From: Minisyncoccota bacterium
GTDB taxonomy: Bacteria; Patescibacteriota; Minisyncoccia; Phycocordibacterales; UBA9973
NCBI GenBank assembly: GCA_041648595.1
Contig: JBAZOQ010000002.1
Coordinates: forward strand, 10,446 to 74,445
DNA: 64,000 nt
Reading direction: 5' to 3'
Below, one piece after another: positions 59,969 through 64,000 of the stretch. Under the pieces are notes generated by a model. That model made no database searches and had not been told where the DNA came from. It saw only the letters and a program-made list of their open reading frames with translations. The first letter of the stretch is position 1; each line of letters begins with the position of its first letter. Both the position numbers and the translations under genes were made by a program.

Positions 59969-61096
59969 TTATTGTAACTTTCTCAATGCTAAACCTATTG
60001 CAACTGCAAATTCTGGACCTGTTGTTTCTAAAACTTTTCTCAAAAACTCTGGTGCAGCAACTTTAGAAAAAGGATGCCCTATTTCTATTTCTGCTCGAAA
60101 ATTATTAGAAGCCATTTCTTTTAATCCTTTTAATTGTGATCCACCTCCTGTAAATATTACTTTACTAATAGTTCTATCATATCTCTTTTCATATCCTAAT
60201 AATACATTATTAGTTTCTGAAAAAATATAATCTATATGTACTTTAATTATATCTGCCAAACTTTTTTCTGCAGAATTTTCAAAAAGACCAAATTCTTTTT
60301 TCATATCTTCAGCTTTTGAAAATGGTATGCCTAAAGATTGAGAAATTGATGAGGAAATATCTGCTCCACCACGATTTATTGTATGATAACTTTTAACCAT
60401 ACCAAATTCTACAAGAGAAAGTTTCGTACTCGATGCACCAAAATCAATTAAAAGAACAAAAGAAAGTTCATGCTCAAAATTTGACCTAACCGAAGAAAAA
60501 ATTTCAATTTCAAAAAAATCAGATTCCAAACCACAGTCTGTAGAAATAGAACGATATTTTGAAATTGCGTCATTCTGAATTGCAACAACAAGTACTTCTG
60601 TATTTTCTGATAAATTAGAAGCTGAAGCTGGATTGTTCGCTTCTTCAAAAGAAGATTCCTTTTTAGGTAATATAAAATAATCAAGAGAAACTTCTGTCAT
60701 GGGTAATGGTATATACTTACGAGCTTCTGTTGGAATTATTTGTGGTATTTCACTTTCTTTAACCTGTGATGGAAGCGAAATAGGAAAAATTAAACTTGAT
60801 TGTACTGGAATAGAAAAAGCAGAAGAAACTGTCGTCACGCCAGCTTGTTTCAAAACTTCTTTTAAAGCCTCAACTGTTTTATCGGTTGGAAGATTTGTCA
60901 CACGTCCCACATCCACACCAGCATAAGAACCCAATGCAATAGAACCATAAGTCTCAAGAACTGCTTTTCCTCCTTTTTTCTTTATTTCAACAACTTTAAT
61001 AGAAGAAGAACCAATGTCTATACCAACAGCACTATCATTTCCTTCTTTAGCAAAAAAGTTTATATTTGAAAAAAATTTTTTGATTGGATTATCCAT
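59969..61096 (-). CDS. pilM: PilM (actin-like ATPase fold) pilus assembly protein
   Basis: GIDIGSSSIKVVEI phosphate-1 motif and FtsA/PilM-like layout. Confidence 0.88.
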   Translation of the reverse strand: MDNPIKKFFSNINFFAKEGNDSAVGIDIGSSSIKVVEIKKKGGKAVLETYGSIALGSYAGVDVGRVTNLPTDKTVEALKEVLKQAGVTTVSSAFSIPVQSSLIFPISLPSQVKESEIPQIIPTEARKYIPLPMTEVSLDYFILPKKESSFEEANNPASASNLSENTEVLVVAIQNDAISKYRSISTDCGLESDFFEIEIFSSVRSNFEHELSFVLLIDFGASSTKLSLVEFGMVKSYHTINRGGADISSSISQSLGIPFSKAEDMKKEFGLFENSAEKSLADIIKVHIDYIFSETNNVLLGYEKRYDRTISKVIFTGGGSQLKGLKEMASNNFRAEIEIGHPFSKVAAPEFLRKVLETTGPEFAVAIGLALRKLQ

Positions 61097-61102
61097 ATTT
61101 TT

Positions 61103-61140
61103 TCCGCCAGTAGGCGGATCCGCCTACTGGCGGAAAATTA
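61103..61140. promoter_or_regulatory. Perfect 38-bp palindrome TTTTCCGCCAGTAGGCGGATCCGCCTACTGGCGGAAAA, 6 bp upstream of the pilM start
   Basis: Self-complementary over the full length, centred on GGATCC. Related to 52343-52373 upstream of pilA. Confidence 0.5.
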
Positions 61141-61175
61141 TGCTAAAATACATCTTCAGTATATCATATACTTGT

Positions 61176-61243
61176 CCCGTTAGAAATTCACTTAAGGGGA
61201 TAATTATATAATACAACAATTATTATTAATAATTTCTAATGGG
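61176..61243. mobile_element. Start-codon-associated element, copy f (CCCGTTAGAAATT...AATTTCTAATGGG) ending exactly at the comF ATG
   Basis: Terminal inverted repeats with one mismatch. No flanking direct repeat. Confidence 0.6.
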
Positions 61244-61939
61244 ATGAAATTTTTAGACACTATATTAAATATACTTTTCCCTGTTAATTGTATTTCTTGC
61301 AAAAAAGAAGGTTCAGACTTGTGCACAAAATGCCTTTTAAGCTCTCCCCCAGCCTACAGAGAAAGTGTTAACTGGATATTTCCACTATTTGACTATCGTC
61401 ATATACCTATCAAAAAATCTATATGGCTCTTAAAGTATAAGAACAAAAAAAGACTAGCAAGTGTTTTTGCAGAGATTATGTATGGCAAAATCACAGAAGA
61501 ACTCTCAGAATTAAGCATAATGAGTAATTTTCGTGAATCAATATTAATCCCTATCCCACTATCTAAAAAAAGATATAGAGAACGTGGATATAATCAAGCA
61601 CAATTAATATGTGAAGAACTAATAAAAATAGACAAAGAAAATAATCTACGCTATAGCGTAAATGTAAAATTAGGAAAAAATTCAAATAATTTCAAATTAG
61701 AAAATAATGTTTTAATAAAAATAAAAGAGACAGAACACCAAGCAAATATAAAAGAAAGAAGAGATAGATTAAAAAATCTGATTGGATCTTTTTCTGTAAA
61801 AAATCCTGAAATAATAAAAAATAGAAATATAATCCTTATAGATGACGTCCTAACAACAGGAGCTACACTCACTGAAGCTAAAAAAATATTAAAACAATCA
61901 GGTGCAAGAAAAATAATTGCTTTCACAATAGCACACTAA
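61244..61939 (+). CDS. comFC: ComF-family protein (zinc-finger plus phosphoribosyltransferase domain)
   Basis: CISCKKEGSDLCTKCL zinc ribbon and ILIDDVLTTGATL PRTase motif. Confidence 0.85.
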   Translation: MKFLDTILNILFPVNCISCKKEGSDLCTKCLLSSPPAYRESVNWIFPLFDYRHIPIKKSIWLLKYKNKKRLASVFAEIMYGKITEELSELSIMSNFRESILIPIPLSKKRYRERGYNQAQLICEELIKIDKENNLRYSVNVKLGKNSNNFKLENNVLIKIKETEHQANIKERRDRLKNLIGSFSVKNPEIIKNRNIILIDDVLTTGATLTEAKKILKQSGARKIIAFTIAH

Positions 61940-61943
61940 TTTT

Positions 61944-61979
61944 TGTCCACTATCTTTACATATGAAAAGTTAGTAGACA
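61944..61979. repeat. Palindrome TGTCCACTATCTTT-ACATATGAA-AAGTTAGTAGACA just after the comF stop
   Basis: Related to 28289-28324. Confidence 0.65.
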
Positions 61980-62072
61980 AAAAAAGAAAGCATTGCCTCC
62001 ACTTGTTATTACACATTAAAAACGAAAAAATCCACTTACCTGAATTTTTCCATTCAAACAAGTGGATTTCAA

Positions 62073-62663
62073 TTATTTTTTTCTCTTAGAAGTTAATTTA
62101 GAAATTAATTCACCCCTAGGATCAAAAAATCTCGTAAATAATTCGAGTATTTTTTCTCGAATTACCCACTTTTTCCAATAAAAACTTTTATGAAGCTTTT
62201 GAAAATATTCAATCCAGTAAACTTTACCGTTAGACATCTTACAAAGAATATACTCTGTAGTTAAAATATCACATCCATTTATTTTAAAACCTTTTAATAA
62301 AGCTTTTATGTGCAAAGCTTGTCTTGAATCTGTCACAAAAATGAATCTTTCTTCAACCTTCTTTTTTATCCATTCAATTTGTGACGGAGTATCGAAAGTA
62401 TACTCTTCTATAAGAATAATTTCTTTTGGGATGCCTCTTTCTATTAAATACTCTCGCATTAATTCAGCAAAAGATTTTTGCATTTTTCTAAGTTTTCCTC
62501 CTCCTACTATTATTCTCCAAATCTCATTATTTCGGAAAAGAACAACAGCCGCTTCTAAGCGATTTTCAGTGTCCCAAAACAGCCCTGAATGTTTTTTATT
62601 ATCTTCAAAACCAGGTGCTATAATTATTGTTTTAGGATATCCTAATTCTTCTTGAACTTTCAT
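62073..62663 (-). CDS. DUF218 (YdcF/SanA/ElyC-like) protein
   Basis: IIVGGGKLRK...ILIEEYTFDTPSQIE...FIFVTDSRQALHIKALL pattern of DUF218. Confidence 0.65.
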   Translation of the reverse strand: MKVQEELGYPKTIIIAPGFEDNKKHSGLFWDTENRLEAAVVLFRNNEIWRIIVGGGKLRKMQKSFAELMREYLIERGIPKEIILIEEYTFDTPSQIEWIKKKVEERFIFVTDSRQALHIKALLKGFKINGCDILTTEYILCKMSNGKVYWIEYFQKLHKSFYWKKWVIREKILELFTRFFDPRGELISKLTSKRKK

Positions 62664-62797
62664 TTTTTCCTCCTCGGAAAATTTTTTGATTAGATTATTT
62701 AATTATTTAGAACATTTTTACCTACACATATGATATCATATATTGTCTTTTTTGTCAACATTTTGTTATTACTTCTGTATTCCTATATAATAAAAGA

Positions 62798-63985
62798 ATG
62801 AAATATTGTAAAGATTGCGAACCAGCACAGGAAATACACTCCATAGCTTATTTTTCTGTAGTAATGAGTTATATAAGTGATCCATTTTTTGGTTTCATGG
62901 AAAAACTTTTTAAAAATACAGCCGAAGCCATATCAAATAAAACTTCCATTCCCTTCATGAAGCTAATGGTCTTTTTAAGACTTGGATATTTTTCTGACAA
63001 ACCAGACGAAAAAGATAGCTTCCGTACAAAATGTTTCTGGGATGAAGCTATAAGACGTGGAATAAAAATGACTGAATTTCATATGGGAATAATAAAAGAT
63101 GCATTTATTGCAGAATACAAAGACAAAATAATAACTTTCGATGGCCTACCACGTCCTGAATATTTAGAATCTGATTCAATAGACTGGATGGATAATAAAG
63201 GAATAATGAAAATAAAATTCTTAAAAGAAGGATTGCCTTTAGCAAAAGGTGGCGTAGCTTTCACAAAAAGAAAAGCACTCAAAATTTTTAATGGAATAAC
63301 AAAACCAGTTATTACGAAACCAAACTTGGGTTCACGTTCTCGTCACACTCTCATACATATAGATACAGAAGAAAAACTTCTTTATGGATTTAAAAAAGCA
63401 AAAAAACTTTCTCCATTAGTCGTAATAGAAGAAGAATTACAAGGTTATCTTTTCAGAGCAACCTTAGTAGGAGGAAAATTAGTAGGAGTCGTCAGACGTG
63501 ATCAACCAGAAGTAAAAGGAGATGGAATACATACATTACAAGAATTAATGAATAAAGAAAATGAAAGACCAGAAAGAGCTGGACCAATATTTCATAAAAT
63601 TGTTATCGATCCTGATGCAGAAACAGAATTAAAACGAGAAGGAATAGGAATGCAAAATATTCCAGAAAAAGATAAAATAATTACATTTTCACAAAAGACT
63701 AGTAGAGGTATCGGTGGATCAACAACAGAAGTCACAGACTTGATACATCCTGAAAATATAAAAATGTTAGAAAAATTAGGAGCTTATCTAAAAGACCCAT
63801 TGGTTGGTGTAGATTTCATAATTGAAGAAATAACTAAATCATGGAAAGAAGAACAACATTGTGGAATAATTGAATGTAATTCTTTACCGTTTATTGACCT
63901 ACATCACTACCCTCTTTTTGGTAAACCAAATAACGTTGCTGCAAAACTTTGGGATCTCGCAATGCCAGAATCTAAAATAGAATAA
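62798..63985 (+). CDS. ATP-grasp protein resembling the N-terminal ATP-grasp module of cyanophycin synthetase
   Basis: The C-terminal DFIIEEI...GIIECNSLPFIDLHHYPLFGKPNNVAAKLWDLAMP parallels the CphA ATP-grasp block. No Mur-ligase domain. Confidence 0.55.
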   Translation: MKYCKDCEPAQEIHSIAYFSVVMSYISDPFFGFMEKLFKNTAEAISNKTSIPFMKLMVFLRLGYFSDKPDEKDSFRTKCFWDEAIRRGIKMTEFHMGIIKDAFIAEYKDKIITFDGLPRPEYLESDSIDWMDNKGIMKIKFLKEGLPLAKGGVAFTKRKALKIFNGITKPVITKPNLGSRSRHTLIHIDTEEKLLYGFKKAKKLSPLVVIEEELQGYLFRATLVGGKLVGVVRRDQPEVKGDGIHTLQELMNKENERPERAGPIFHKIVIDPDAETELKREGIGMQNIPEKDKIITFSQKTSRGIGGSTTEVTDLIHPENIKMLEKLGAYLKDPLVGVDFIIEEITKSWKEEQHCGIIECNSLPFIDLHHYPLFGKPNNVAAKLWDLAMPESKIE

Positions 63986-64000
63986 AAACCAAAAGCAGCT

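Overview
This is a 64-kb window from a low-GC (about 30%), gene-dense genome. Most genes are on the minus strand and the content looks like Candidate Phyla Radiation (CPR)/Patescibacteria. Reading was by eye only; repeat and RNA coordinates are accurate to about ±2 bp.

Housekeeping genes in order:
- the copA (5'-truncated by the window edge) and csoR copper pair, with the CsoR operator palindrome
- a GT2 glycosyltransferase
- rpoD and dnaG
- rpoC and rpoB
- rpsP, ylqC and trmD
- rnr, smc, rnc, a nusB-Nudix fusion and rpmF
- thrS, gyrB and pheST
- ligA and tRNA-Ser(GGA)
- a roughly 14-kb type IV pilus/competence cluster (four minor pilins, pilD, two major-pilin genes, pilC, pilT, a REC-only regulator, pilB, pilMNO, comF)

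Accessory content:
1. A complete diversity-generating retroelement (DGR) at 28.3-30.8 kb. It has a target gene with a C-terminal variable repeat (VR), a 123-bp template repeat (TR) differing from VR at 15 positions that are all TR adenines on the coding strand, an Avd-like gene and a Brt-like reverse transcriptase (RT). The RT reading frame is broken at a C11 homopolymer.
2. A four-gene defence operon: N6-adenine methyltransferase, PD-(D/E)xK restriction enzyme, ABC-type ATPase and a DUF2779 dual nuclease.
3. A MazF/PemK toxin islet inserted at the 3' end of trmD, flanked by a roughly 175-bp degenerate duplicate of the trmD C-terminus.
4. Two standalone Cas2-like genes, each bracketed by its own pair of about 35-bp hairpin repeats.
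5. Several families of small palindromic repeats. One GC-rich family is inserted in-frame inside rnr and twice inside ligA. Another, about 80-110 bp with CCCGTTAGAAAT terminal inverted repeats, sits exactly on the start codons of six genes: rpoD, pilT, pilB, pilN, comF and a membrane protein.

No CRISPR array, rRNA or integrase was seen.
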